IMG/VR virus record: IMGVR_UViG_3300045971_000895
Span: 64,001 to 128,000 of that record
DNA from: a virus
Length of the DNA: 64,000 nucleotides
Strand: one strand, 5' to 3'
Shown here: piece after piece, positions 34,502-43,839 of the stretch
Layout of the letters: the number at the start of each line of letters is the position of its first letter
Numbering within the stretch: position 1 is the stretch's first letter
Translations under genes and position numbers: made by a program
The notes under the pieces: generated by a model
What the model was told of the DNA's origin: nothing
What the model saw: the letters and a program-made list of their open reading frames with translations, nothing else
Database searches by the model: none

Positions 34502-36475
34502 TTACTTCGCTTCGGCCCACGAGTAGCCGCAGTGCGCGGACACCGGAAGGCCGACCGACAGTGGGGTGCCGAAGGGGTCCGACATGATCTCGTTGACCCT
34601 CTTGAGTGCGCGCCTCTCGATCTCCGGGTCGTCAGGGACCTCGAAGATGAGCTCGTCGTGGATCTGGAGGAGCATCTGGCAGTCGAGCTCCTTCAGCTCC
34701 CGGTCGTTCTCCGCCACGATCATGGAGTACTTGCAGGCCTCGGCAGCGGTGCCTTGAATCTCCGAGTTGACGCCCTGACGTTCAGCAGCAGCTCGGTCGC
34801 GCCGGCTCATGTTGTTGAGGTCACCGAAGCGGCGAGGACGACCCGTGATGGTGATGACTTGGCCGAACCTGGCCATGTCGTTCTTCACGTCCGCGATGTG
34901 GGTCTCCACGTCGGGATAGACGGCCAGCCACTTCTTGATGAGACCCCAGCCCTCTTCTTCAGTCACGAGCTTCTTGGTCTCTCTCGTGAGCTTGCGTGCC
35001 AGCTTGGGACCGCCGATGCCGTAGACGATGCCGAAGCCTGTGGACTTGTTGTTCTGGCGCTTGAGGAGCAGCTCGATGATCTCCTGCGTGTACTGGTCCT
35101 TCGGAGCCTTCTTGGCACGCACCACATCATCGTACGGGATGCCCTCGATCTCGGCCGTCGTGAGGCTGTGGATGTCCATGCCGCTGTTGATGGCGTCCTG
35201 CATCTTCTTCGACTTGCTGAAGTGCGCCAGCAGGCGCATCTCGAGCTGTTCGTAGTCGGCCACCAGGAGCTTCTTGTTGGCGCCGGGGATGAACGCCTCA
35301 CGGATCTTGAACTCATCCTCGTCGGGGCGAGGGATGTTCTGGAGGTTCGGCTCAGAAGAAGAGAGGCGACCGGTGACGGTGCCCGTCTGGTTCAGGGTGG
35401 TGTGGATGCGGCAGTACGGGTCGAGCCAGTTGGAGAGGCCCTCGACGTAGGTGCCGTAGATCTTGGCGATGCTCCGGTAGATGAGGAGCTTCTCTGCCCA
35501 CTCGCTCCCCTGGCCAGCCCACTCCTCGAGCGCCTCGGCGTCCGTGGAGGGCTGCTTGTTCCCGCTCTTCCCGCCCTTGGTGTACGAGACGATCGGAAGC
35601 TTGAGGGTATCGAAGAAGAGCTTCTGGAGCTGCTTCGGAGACTTCGGGTTGAAGACGCCGCCCACGAGATGGTTGAAGTCCCTCTCGATGGCGGTCATCC
35701 GCGTTTCCATCGGGCCCTTCAGGGACAGCAGGTAGCCCTTGTCCACCGTGATGCCGCGACGCTCCATCTTGTAGAGCACCTTCGCGAAGGGGACCTCGAC
35801 GCGGTAGTAGTAGTCCTTCAGCGAGCCCCACTGGAGGCTGGTGCGGTCCAGCAGCTCGTCGAAGTGGTGGCGCAGGATGGTGGAGTCGTAAGCATCAAGA
35901 CTCGCGTAGTCGATGGCTCGGTCGAAGGCATCCATGCCCTTGTGTCCCTCGACGACCTCCCGGATGATCTGCCCAATGGTCTTGCGGATCTCGCCCTTCT
36001 TCGCCTTGGGGATCTCGCCGAAGGTCTCCTCGAAGGTGGGGACGTGCCGGTTGAAGTGGTCGAACATGCACTCCTTGAGGCCGTGCCGTCCGACGTTGTT
36101 CTCGTTGTAGAGCCAGCTCTGGGTGAGGGTGCAGCGAAGATCCCCGGCGTTGACGATGTCGATGCCCGAGTTGGCGAGCATGTGCATGTCGAACTTCACG
36201 TTGGTGAGGTCGAAGTTGACCTCAGGGTTCTCGAGGATCGGCGCCTTGAAGAGGCCCAAGAACTTCCGGTCCAAGCAGATGCGAGTCTTGCCGTCCGAGA
36301 GCGACCAGATGATGACGTAGTCGCGGAGGCGGTCGAGGCCAGAGGTCTCGGTGTCGAGGCCCAGTCCCCCGTTCTCGCGGTGGGAGATGAGGTAGCGGTC
36401 GATCCACCGGCGCGCCTCATACTCGGTGTCGACGAAGTGAGGCTCAGGAATGGTGAGGTCGAAGGCGTGAGGCAT
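34502..36475 (-). CDS. family A DNA polymerase (3'-5' exo plus polymerase domains)
   Basis: Motif A VADYEQLEMRLLAHFS, motif B RAKKAPK..NNKSTGFGIVYGIG, motif C QIHDELIFEV. 657 aa. Confidence 0.8.
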   Translation of the reverse strand: MPHAFDLTIPEPHFVDTEYEARRWIDRYLISHRENGGLGLDTETSGLDRLRDYVIIWSLSDGKTRICLDRKFLGLFKAPILENPEVNFDLTNVKFDMHMLANSGIDIVNAGDLRCTLTQSWLYNENNVGRHGLKECMFDHFNRHVPTFEETFGEIPKAKKGEIRKTIGQIIREVVEGHKGMDAFDRAIDYASLDAYDSTILRHHFDELLDRTSLQWGSLKDYYYRVEVPFAKVLYKMERRGITVDKGYLLSLKGPMETRMTAIERDFNHLVGGVFNPKSPKQLQKLFFDTLKLPIVSYTKGGKSGNKQPSTDAEALEEWAGQGSEWAEKLLIYRSIAKIYGTYVEGLSNWLDPYCRIHTTLNQTGTVTGRLSSSEPNLQNIPRPDEDEFKIREAFIPGANKKLLVADYEQLEMRLLAHFSKSKKMQDAINSGMDIHSLTTAEIEGIPYDDVVRAKKAPKDQYTQEIIELLLKRQNNKSTGFGIVYGIGGPKLARKLTRETKKLVTEEEGWGLIKKWLAVYPDVETHIADVKNDMARFGQVITITGRPRRFGDLNNMSRRDRAAAERQGVNSEIQGTAAEACKYSMIVAENDRELKELDCQMLLQIHDELIFEVPDDPEIERRALKRVNEIMSDPFGTPLSVGLPVSAHCGYSWAEAK

Positions 36476-36540
36476 GTGTCCTCGGAAGAGAAGAAGGGAC
36501 GGCCCTTGCGGACCGTCCCTTCGGGTTCACTGCATCGGTG

Positions 36541-37923
36541 CTACGTCCCCGGCGGCCGCCCGAAGTTGGGCTGCATCATCGGCTGCGGCGCCGCGGGGCC
36601 GGGCGCCGAAGGCGGACCGACCGGCGGGTACGGCTGCTGTGAGGGAGCCTGCTGGTACGCCCCGGGCTGCGCGTAGCCCTGGCCCGGGGGCGGGCCCATC
36701 TGCTGCATCGGAGCCTGCTGGTACCCACCCGGAGCCTGCTGGTAGCCCTGCGCCGGCGCAGGACCGTTGCCCTGGAGGTCCAGCTCCTTCATCTGCTCGG
36801 AGAGGGTCTTCGGGGCGAAGAGCGCGGCGAAGTCGTACGGCTTCGCGAGCTCGGCGAGGAGAGCGTCCGGGGTCTTGCCCGCGAGCAGCTGCGGCGGGAC
36901 CCGAGAGAAGAACTCCTGGATGGCCTCGTGGCGGTGGAGGACCATCGTGCTGGCGGTCTGCTCGCCCTGACGCATCCCCCACAGCACTCGGCTGAACATC
37001 GTGTGCTGCGCCGGCTGCCGGTTGGCCGCCTCGCACACCTCGCAGGCCACGACCTCCTCGAGGAAGACGGGGCGGTTGCAGCGGAGGCACGGGTAGGGCC
37101 GGCTGACGGCCTCCTTGATCTGCTCGTCGGTCCGGGTGTCCTGGATCATGTCGATGACCATGGACTGGCAGCTCGGGCACTTGAAGCCGTCCGTGATGAG
37201 CTGCGACCCGTCGTTGCCGCACAGCGAGGAGATGGTGGCATCCCAGCCGATGAGCGCCTGGAGGTGGTTCTTCCCCATCTTCAGGTACCGACGCTTCCCG
37301 AAGAACGTCTGGATGTCCTGCGGCCGGTAGTTGGGCCACGGGTTCTGCGGGTCGTTGATGGGCGGCTCGCCCCTCTGCACGCGGCAGAAGTTGCAGGTGC
37401 GCCCCTCGCACTCGTTGTCGACCATCATGGGCTCGGCCGGGCGGTTGCCGTAGGCCTGCTTCATGACGATGCCACCAGTGCGGCGGTCGAGCAGCGGGTG
37501 CTTGTGGTACAGCGCGAGGTGCACGATCCCCATGACCGTCTGGTAGGACGCCGGCGAGACGGACCGGTCACCCTGGTCGATGGCGGCGCACCCGGCGCAG
37601 GGCTGCGGGGAGTGAGGGTTGGTGCCCGCGGAGCAGATGCTCTTGGGGAACCGCTCCGTCCCGTTCTTCATGACCTGCCGGGTGTGCTCGAGGAAGCGGT
37701 AGTACTCCTTCTTGACCTCCTTCGGCCGCCCGGTGGCGGGGTCGATCTCGATCTCCTCGGGGGCCGGGTTCGAGTCGACGTACTCGGACTTGATGAGGAT
37801 GAACGGGGTCGGGGAGGTGGTCGGGAGCTTCAGCTGCTCGTAGAAGTTCCCCTTGCGGCCCTTGCCTCCGGACCTCTTGGTGTCGTTCTGGAGCGAACGG
37901 CGGAACGGCGTTGTCATCGGCAT
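36541..37923 (-). CDS. multi-Cys (zinc-finger) protein with Gln/Pro/Gly/Tyr-rich prion-like C-terminal tail
   Basis: CAGC, CxxC (CNFC) and CPSC...CLRC...CEVC clusters. C-terminal QGYQQAPGGYQQAP... Sits between the polymerase and the primase. Confidence 0.4.
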   Translation of the reverse strand: MPMTTPFRRSLQNDTKRSGGKGRKGNFYEQLKLPTTSPTPFILIKSEYVDSNPAPEEIEIDPATGRPKEVKKEYYRFLEHTRQVMKNGTERFPKSICSAGTNPHSPQPCAGCAAIDQGDRSVSPASYQTVMGIVHLALYHKHPLLDRRTGGIVMKQAYGNRPAEPMMVDNECEGRTCNFCRVQRGEPPINDPQNPWPNYRPQDIQTFFGKRRYLKMGKNHLQALIGWDATISSLCGNDGSQLITDGFKCPSCQSMVIDMIQDTRTDEQIKEAVSRPYPCLRCNRPVFLEEVVACEVCEAANRQPAQHTMFSRVLWGMRQGEQTASTMVLHRHEAIQEFFSRVPPQLLAGKTPDALLAELAKPYDFAALFAPKTLSEQMKELDLQGNGPAPAQGYQQAPGGYQQAPMQQMGPPPGQGYAQPGAYQQAPSQQPYPPVGPPSAPGPAAPQPMMQPNFGRPPGT

Positions 37924-39008
37924 TGCGTGGATCTCCTCGTCTGGTGGAAGTGTTCTGAATACGAAATGGTGTTCTCCGCGAGAGTGCGGAGAGCGTCCAG
38001 CTCGTAGTCGTCTGGCTGCGTCTTCTGGGTCTCGTCTTGCACCGCTGCAAGGACGTCGGCCTCTGGGTACCGCATCACTTGTACCTTGCTGCGCATCGGG
38101 AGCCAGAGACGCTCGCCGACGTTGAGGGTGGCCTCTCTGCCTGGCTGGTCATTGTCCAGGAAGAGAACGATCGGACACCCGAAGCGGTGGATCATGCGCT
38201 GCTGAATCTCTGAGATGTAAGAGCCCATGAGCGCCACCGTGTTCCAGAATCCTGCCATCTGCATCCACAGGCAGGCCTTGAAGCCTTCGACGATGAACAC
38301 CCTAGCCTTCGGGTCTGACGCCGACACGACGCGTGGGTAGACGTTGTCGAAGTTCCACAGGAAGTTGTGGTTCTCGCAAACGTAGTTCGGATGCATCTCG
38401 TCGAAGCCCTCCCCGAAGTCCCCGACGAGGAACCTGCCGTTCACCGTCTTGCCTCCTTGGTAGACCTTGTACTTTGGCTGCACGCCCTTGCTGATGGCGC
38501 CGCCAGAGATGCCCGCAAGGTTCCCGTAGAGGTCACGCAGTGGGTACGTGACTCTCTGCGCCCTCGAGTCGAAGCCGATGTCCATCTCCTTGAGCAGCCT
38601 CGGGTCGAAGCCGTCTTGGATGAGGGTGGTCGGTTCGTTGTCGAAGATGCCAAGGATGGACTCTTCGAGGATCGGTTTGGCCTCGAAGGGGTCGCTGATG
38701 GAGAAGAGGTTCTTCTTCTTCCGTTCTGCTTGCTCGACGTTCCTCTGGAGGATGTCGGCGACTCCCTGCGTCGCGGAGTCGATCTGCTCCCTCGTGAGGC
38801 CAACCTTCTTCAGCAGCTTCTTCAACGAGCCTGCTTCGTGGCAGGTGAAGCAGTGGAAGACCCCCTTCTCCACGTTCACCGAGAACGAGGGGGTCTTCTC
38901 CTCCCCTCCTTTGTGGAAGGGGCAGGTCGTTGTGTAGTTGTCCCTCCCTGATGGCTTGAGCTTGTTGGGAAGGTGGCGCTGGAAGATCGCTAGGATCCTG
39001 TCGCGCAT
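37914..39008 (-). CDS. DnaG-like DNA primase (CHC2 zinc finger plus TOPRIM)
   Basis: CPFHKGGEEKTPSFSV..HCFTCH zinc finger. TOPRIM VFIVEGFKA...LFLDNDQPG. Confidence 0.7.
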   Translation of the reverse strand: MRDRILAIFQRHLPNKLKPSGRDNYTTTCPFHKGGEEKTPSFSVNVEKGVFHCFTCHEAGSLKKLLKKVGLTREQIDSATQGVADILQRNVEQAERKKKNLFSISDPFEAKPILEESILGIFDNEPTTLIQDGFDPRLLKEMDIGFDSRAQRVTYPLRDLYGNLAGISGGAISKGVQPKYKVYQGGKTVNGRFLVGDFGEGFDEMHPNYVCENHNFLWNFDNVYPRVVSASDPKARVFIVEGFKACLWMQMAGFWNTVALMGSYISEIQQRMIHRFGCPIVLFLDNDQPGREATLNVGERLWLPMRSKVQVMRYPEADVLAAVQDETQKTQPDDYELDALRTLAENTISYSEHFHQTRRSTQCR

Positions 39009-39015
39009 TGCTTGC

Positions 39016-40449
39016 TCACAACGGAACCTTGGGGTCCTTCAGGGTTCCATCGTTGCGGAAGGAGCTCGACCTGAAGCGGGCAACTGGCCGCGGGGTCGAA
39101 GATCCTCCAGTGGGTGCCTCTCCGTAGTTCGACCTCTCGTCGGCATCGAGCCCAGTGAGGACCTTGCGCAACTCGAAGGTGTGGCCGGGGTCTGCCCGGA
39201 TGACCATGCCTTCGAAGACTCCTGACTCTCGAACGCCAGGAGCGGTGATGAGGAGGTCGACCACCTTCTTCTTCAGCACCGGGTCGACGTGGAACTTCTT
39301 CGAGACCCGGAAGACGCAGTCAGCGTCCATGCCGATGGAGTCGGCAAAGGCGAGCTCTGTGAGGTCCTCGCCGTGCGACTGCTCTGCGGACCGCTTCGCC
39401 TGAGTGATGCCCACGACAGGGATGTCGAAGCGGCGGGCGGTGAGCTTCAAGTCCTGCGAGATGTGGGAGATGTTCTTCCAGTCGATGCTGCGGGACTTGG
39501 TCCGGTCATCCTTCATCAGGTACATGCCGTCGACGAAGGCGATGTCGGGCTCGGTCTCTTCGATCTTCGCCTGGAGCCACGAGACGCCACCGCCATCTTC
39601 TGCATCGCGGTCGGTGGTGACGATGAAGAACGGATTGCGACCACCGTTGTTGGCACCGGCGTACTTCTCGTCCTCGACGAGGTCTGCAAGAACCCCGAAG
39701 AGGTGGTCCCGAACCTGGGGCTGGAGCCGGCCGTTGAGGTACTCGTGGTAGTCGACCTCGGCCAGGATGCATGCAGCGCGGCCCAGGATCTCATCATGTG
39801 ACATCTCTCTGGAGTAGAAGAGCACCCTGCGCCGGGACTCGACGTAGGCCGACACCGCGATCTTGAGGGCCCACCAGGTCTTCATCGACTTGGGGCGGCC
39901 GTAGACCACGATGAAGTTCTGCCTCTTCATTCCCTGCGTGGCTTCGTTCAGCGGCTGCCAAGGGTAAGGGATACCGATGACACCCTTCGAGCCTTGCACC
40001 ATCTCGTAGCGGGCCTTCAGCATGTTGTAGGCGGCCGCCATCGAGAAGTCCTCGCTCTGATCCGCCAGCGCGGATAGGCCAGGAGTTGCTGCTCGGAGAT
40101 CTGCAAGAGCTTCCAGCGGGTTCGTGCCGACCGTCATCATCAGACGTTCGGCGAGCATCTGAACCTCTACAGCGATCTTCCCCTTGCGCAGGATCTCGGT
40201 GAGGACAGCGACGTCGTCATTCGAGTTGAAGAAGGGGAAGGAACGGAACTGCTGCTGAACCAGCTCTCGGCTTGGAACACTGCCAGCGGTTGCGGTCGCG
40301 TGGTAGATGTCTCTGATGAAGCGGTAGACCTCCTGCCCTTCTGGCGTGAAGAAGTACGACTCGTCGATCTTCGCCTTCTCGAGGATGCGGAACTCTCGCG
40401 TCTCGATGACCTTGGAAAGCAATGCGTGTTCGATGTTGTTGTCGTGCAC
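39016..40449 (-). CDS. DnaB-family replicative helicase
   Basis: GTG start. RecA-like core with a Walker A-like VVYGRPKSMKT block, and DnaB-like blocks (FVDGMYLM, GITQAKR). Confidence 0.7.
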   Translation of the reverse strand: MHDNNIEHALLSKVIETREFRILEKAKIDESYFFTPEGQEVYRFIRDIYHATATAGSVPSRELVQQQFRSFPFFNSNDDVAVLTEILRKGKIAVEVQMLAERLMMTVGTNPLEALADLRAATPGLSALADQSEDFSMAAAYNMLKARYEMVQGSKGVIGIPYPWQPLNEATQGMKRQNFIVVYGRPKSMKTWWALKIAVSAYVESRRRVLFYSREMSHDEILGRAACILAEVDYHEYLNGRLQPQVRDHLFGVLADLVEDEKYAGANNGGRNPFFIVTTDRDAEDGGGVSWLQAKIEETEPDIAFVDGMYLMKDDRTKSRSIDWKNISHISQDLKLTARRFDIPVVGITQAKRSAEQSHGEDLTELAFADSIGMDADCVFRVSKKFHVDPVLKKKVVDLLITAPGVRESGVFEGMVIRADPGHTFELRKVLTGLDADERSNYGEAPTGGSSTPRPVARFRSSSFRNDGTLKDPKVPL

Positions 40450-40478
40450 GGTCCCTCCTAAGGACCCATCAAAGCATT

Positions 40479-40509
40479 GGGGGCTGACCTCGTGTGGAAG
40501 TCAGCCCCC
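40479..40509. terminator. stem-loop (10-bp stem) between the hypothetical gene and the helicase gene
   Basis: GGGGGCTGAC-ctcgtgtggaa-GTCAGCCCCC. Confidence 0.35.
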
Positions 40510-40537
40510 TTATGCCACCTTCGAATGTGGATTCGAA

Positions 40538-40855
40538 CTACAGACTGGTCACCCCTTCGGCTGGTGGCTCGATGACCGTGTCGGTACTGCCCGTGGTGGG
40601 CACCCCGGCGAAGACCGTCTGGGCGATGTCGAGCTCTGCGCTCTTCAGGAGCTCGCCCAGAAGGCGCAGAGTTCTCTCACTCCAGTCGCTGTTCATGTGG
40701 CCTGCACCGAAGCGCAGGCCGTCTGCCGCACTCGCCAGGGCGTACTTCACCGTCATCATCGGCCCGGAGGCCTCCGACGGTGCTGAGATGGCGTTGACCT
40801 GCAACTCCCCGACTTGGATGGAGTCGATGCGGCACTTCTCGGCAACCGTGATCAC
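40538..40855 (-). CDS. hypothetical protein (105 aa)
   Basis: Moderate GC3 bias. Confidence 0.35.
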   Translation of the reverse strand: MITVAEKCRIDSIQVGELQVNAISAPSEASGPMMTVKYALASAADGLRFGAGHMNSDWSERTLRLLGELLKSAELDIAQTVFAGVPTTGSTDTVIEPPAEGVTSL

Positions 40856-41070
40856 CCAATGACCTCCCTGTAGTTGGCGATGACTGCCTTGCGGATCAGG
40901 GGCGTGATGTGGTGCGTGCGCTCGAGCGAATCCTTCATGCCGGCGAGCAGGTGCTTGCGCCCGTCTGGCAGCTGGCTCGGGTCGAGATCGAGCATGCGGC
41001 CCAGGAGGTACAGGGCCGCGTCCACATCGCGCTTCTCAATGAACCTCTCGATGATGATGGTCTTGGACAC
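40852..41070 (-). CDS. hypothetical protein (72 aa)
   Basis: RBS GGAGGTGA. GC3 bias. Confidence 0.4.
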   Translation of the reverse strand: MSKTIIIERFIEKRDVDAALYLLGRMLDLDPSQLPDGRKHLLAGMKDSLERTHHITPLIRKAVIANYREVIG

Positions 41071-41151
41071 GAGTCACCTCCATTGGTTGGTGACACAGTG
41101 TATGTACACTAGTTCCTGTACTCGGCTCCACCCAATTGGGTAGTTTCTTTT
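41071..41151. promoter_or_regulatory. AT-richer intergenic region with two perfect palindromes (candidate promoter/operator)
   Basis: AGTGTA-TG-TACACT at 41097-41110 and CCCAATTGGG at 41131-41140, immediately upstream of the minus-strand gene starting at 41070. Confidence 0.35.
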
Positions 41152-41535
41152 CTACCGGTACGTTCCCTGAGCCTTCTGCTCGAGAAGTTGCTTGAACGAC
41201 ACTTCCGCCTGGGCGCGCTGCTCGAGGGCGTAACTACGGGCCAAATCCCCAGCGATGCCAATGGCCCGGTCGATGCTGACCTCGTCCTGGTTGCAGGTGA
41301 GGGACACGCTGCACATGGCAGAGGTGCCGTTGCCGTACTCCTTGATGCCGAAGTCGGAGCTCACCGTCACCCGCGCCTTGCCGTCTCCTGCAATCTTCGC
41401 GATCTCGTCCATGATGCTCCTTGGGATCTCGCTCGGCTCGACCTGGAAGGCCTCGCCCGAGCTGATGTTGTGGTCCTTGTTGACTGCCTCTCGGGAGCCA
41501 ACGATCTTGACGTCCTGTCTGAAGACCTCGCTCAT
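41152..41535 (-). CDS. hypothetical protein (127 aa)
   Basis: GC3 bias. Confidence 0.4.
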   Translation of the reverse strand: MSEVFRQDVKIVGSREAVNKDHNISSGEAFQVEPSEIPRSIMDEIAKIAGDGKARVTVSSDFGIKEYGNGTSAMCSVSLTCNQDEVSIDRAIGIAGDLARSYALEQRAQAEVSFKQLLEQKAQGTYR

Positions 41536-41681
41536 GTCTTCTTCCTGTCGAGTTGGGGCTCATGTGCGTGCACCTTCAACTTGGCCTTCCGGACTGGCTC
41601 CGTCGCCTCGCACTTCTCAGCGATGTGCTTCAACAGATTCGGGGCCGGCTCTTTGCAGTAGGGGCACGGGTACGTCTTCAT
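41532..41681 (-). CDS. zinc-finger mini-protein (49 aa)
   Basis: MKTYPCPYCKEPAPNLLKHIAEKC... C-x2-C...H-x3-?-C arrangement, with an AGGAGA RBS. Under the 60-aa track cutoff as a standalone gene. Confidence 0.3.
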   Translation of the reverse strand: MKTYPCPYCKEPAPNLLKHIAEKCEATEPVRKAKLKVHAHEPQLDRKKT

Positions 41682-41683
41682 GA

Positions 41684-41896
41684 CTAATCTATGTCTCCTG
41701 CTTCGACGCTGGTCAGGGTGTAGTTGTCGTACCAGTGCCTCCCGCACGAGACGCACGAGACGCGCTGGTTGGCGTGGGAGCCGTCTACCTCGACGCTCTG
41801 ACCTTCGATGTCCGGAGAGTGACAGAAGGGACACCTCGAAGGATTCTTCAAGTGTCCCTTCTTCTGCTCGTCGGTGAGGTCGACCTTCTTGGCCAT
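41684..41896 (-). CDS. zinc-ribbon mini-protein (70 aa)
   Basis: CPFC...CVSC motifs. Confidence 0.4.
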   Translation of the reverse strand: MAKKVDLTDEQKKGHLKNPSRCPFCHSPDIEGQSVEVDGSHANQRVSCVSCGRHWYDNYTLTSVEAGDID

Positions 41897-42496
41897 CTAC
41901 TTCTCCGCCTTCTTGTCTCCGAGGAAGGCGAGGACCTTGGGCCCCTTCACCTGGGGAGTCCCCTCCTTCTCGTCGTAGGCCACGTCGATGATCTTCTGGA
42001 AGCCGTTGCCCTTGAGCCAGGCGTAGACGCCGGGGTAGTCGACCTCCATCACCTGCTGGACGAGCTTCTCCTCCTTCCCGTCCTTCCCGAGCTGCTTCAG
42101 GTCGAGGAGCCGCTCGTAGATGCCGTTCTCCTTGCACAGGCGAACGAGGTCGTCCGTGTTGAAGGCTCGGAAGGTAACGGAGGTGGTCTTGAAGGGGCCC
42201 GCGGTCAGCACCGTGCCTGCCCCCTCCGGCCCGCGCTGCTTGGTGATGTTCAGCGTCACCTTCTGGCGGAGCTCGTCCTGCGCCGTCTTCAGCGCCACGT
42301 TGCGCTCCTCGAGGGCCTTCTTCACCATTCCCACGAGGACAGCGTACTGGGTCTTCTGCTCCTCCACGGGAAGCCCCGCGAGGTCTTCGAAGAACGTTCC
42401 CAGCAGCCAGCTCTCTTCGAGCTCCGTGTACTTCGCGTCCGCCGCGTTGAAGGCCGCGAGGGCCAGGTCGTGCGGAGTCTTCACTGCTTCTGTCAT
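41897..42496 (-). CDS. hypothetical protein (199 aa), coiled-coil N-terminus
   Basis: GC3 bias. The longer track ORF 41532..42503 in another frame is junk. Confidence 0.45.
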   Translation of the reverse strand: MTEAVKTPHDLALAAFNAADAKYTELEESWLLGTFFEDLAGLPVEEQKTQYAVLVGMVKKALEERNVALKTAQDELRQKVTLNITKQRGPEGAGTVLTAGPFKTTSVTFRAFNTDDLVRLCKENGIYERLLDLKQLGKDGKEEKLVQQVMEVDYPGVYAWLKGNGFQKIIDVAYDEKEGTPQVKGPKVLAFLGDKKAEK

Positions 42497-43401
42497 CGTC
42501 CACCTCTGCGCTTGGGGATGGGGGTGCCGTAGTATTGGAGTCTCAGGAAGTCAACCATTCGCATCGCCGTGCGAAGATCTCTCCTCGTCTTCTGGTACAG
42601 GCCATCGGGGTTGCTGAAGTCGGCGATCCGGCCCAGGTAGCTTGGGTGCAGGATGGGCATGACCGGGTAGTGGATCTCGGCCGACTTGCCGTAGTACGTG
42701 GTGCTGAAGACCTGCCCGCGCGCCTTGGTGATCTGGGCAGAGAGCTTCCGCGTCACGGCCATGAGCGCCGTGTTCCCGCAGGCGATGATGAGGAGCGGGT
42801 CCACGATGTAGATGATGTTCAGCAGGCGCTCCCAGCAGGCCTTCATCTCCGGGAGGTTCGGCTGCCGGTTCTCGGGAGGCTGGCAGGAGATGACGTTCGT
42901 GATGGCGAACTCCTTCTCTCTCCACGCCAGGATCTGCGCGTTGAACTTCTCCGTGGTGTCCCGGCTCCTCTTACCATCGTGGTAGTCCTCCCAGAGCTTC
43001 TGGGTCTCCGGGTCATCCGAGACGGAGGCGAGCAGCATGTTGAGGAGCTGCCCGGACTTCCCGATGAAGGGGATGGCTGCTTGCATCTCCTCTTCGCCAG
43101 GAGCTTCCCCCACGATGAGAACGTGGGCGTCTGGATTCCCGGAGAAGAAGACGATGTCCTCGTGGCCGAGGGCGTGCTTGTTCTGCCCCAGCGGGCAGCG
43201 CTGGCAGTCGTGCCACATCGAGAAGAGCTGCTCGAGCTTCTCCTCGTTGGTCTGGCCGGGGAAGTTGTAGAGCTTGAGCGGGTTCTCCTTGATGAGGTCT
43301 TCCTCCATCGGGGAGTTGGCCTCGAAGGTCTTCGCAGGACGGCCGCGTCCCTTCTTCCCTCGCGGTGGCGCGTAGGGGATGACGAACGGGAAGTCTCCCA
43401 T
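42493..43401 (-). CDS. uracil-DNA glycosylase superfamily, family 4-like
   Basis: Motif A GEAPGEEE and motif B HPSYL. CQRC near the N-terminus. Confidence 0.6.
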   Translation of the reverse strand: MGDFPFVIPYAPPRGKKGRGRPAKTFEANSPMEEDLIKENPLKLYNFPGQTNEEKLEQLFSMWHDCQRCPLGQNKHALGHEDIVFFSGNPDAHVLIVGEAPGEEEMQAAIPFIGKSGQLLNMLLASVSDDPETQKLWEDYHDGKRSRDTTEKFNAQILAWREKEFAITNVISCQPPENRQPNLPEMKACWERLLNIIYIVDPLLIIACGNTALMAVTRKLSAQITKARGQVFSTTYYGKSAEIHYPVMPILHPSYLGRIADFSNPDGLYQKTRRDLRTAMRMVDFLRLQYYGTPIPKRRGGR

Positions 43402-43407
43402 GGTCCC

Positions 43408-43839
43408 CTACACCCTCTGCCCGATACCCGGAGGCGTCTGCGGCTCGGGCAGGATGATGCCTGCCGCGGCGGCCCTCTTCTGCTCCTGCTCCTTGAAGTA
43501 GCGAGCGTAGAGCGCCATCATCCGGAGCCTCGAGTCCTCGCAGACGTCCGAGAGCTTGTAGAAGACCACCGGCCAGAAGGTGATCACTCCCGAGCTGACG
43601 AGGTCGATGTCCAGCAGGAGGATGTCGATGCGCAGGTTCCCGGGCTCCACCTTCTGGAGACGGAGGATCCGGCGGGGGTCCTTCAGCTTCACCCGGACCG
43701 GGGCCACCCCGTCGTCCACGTACTCGACGAGCTCCCCGAAGTACTGCTCGGTGGCGCAGGTCAGGACGCAGAGCTTCTCGGGGTCGACCCCATTCTTGGT
43801 CAGGTCGTCGAGGATGTTCTGCATCATCGCGTCATTCAT
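43408..43839 (-). CDS. hypothetical protein (143 aa)
   Basis: GC3 bias. Confidence 0.4.
   Translation of the reverse strand: MNDAMMQNILDDLTKNGVDPEKLCVLTCATEQYFGELVEYVDDGVAPVRVKLKDPRRILRLQKVEPGNLRIDILLLDIDLVSSGVITFWPVVFYKLSDVCEDSRLRMMALYARYFKEQEQKRAAAAGIILPEPQTPPGIGQRV

Noticed and set aside
41532-42503. 323-aa minus ORF spanning two real genes.
   Set aside because: Frame artefact. The genuine genes are 41897..42496 and the 49-aa zinc-finger ORF 41532..41681.
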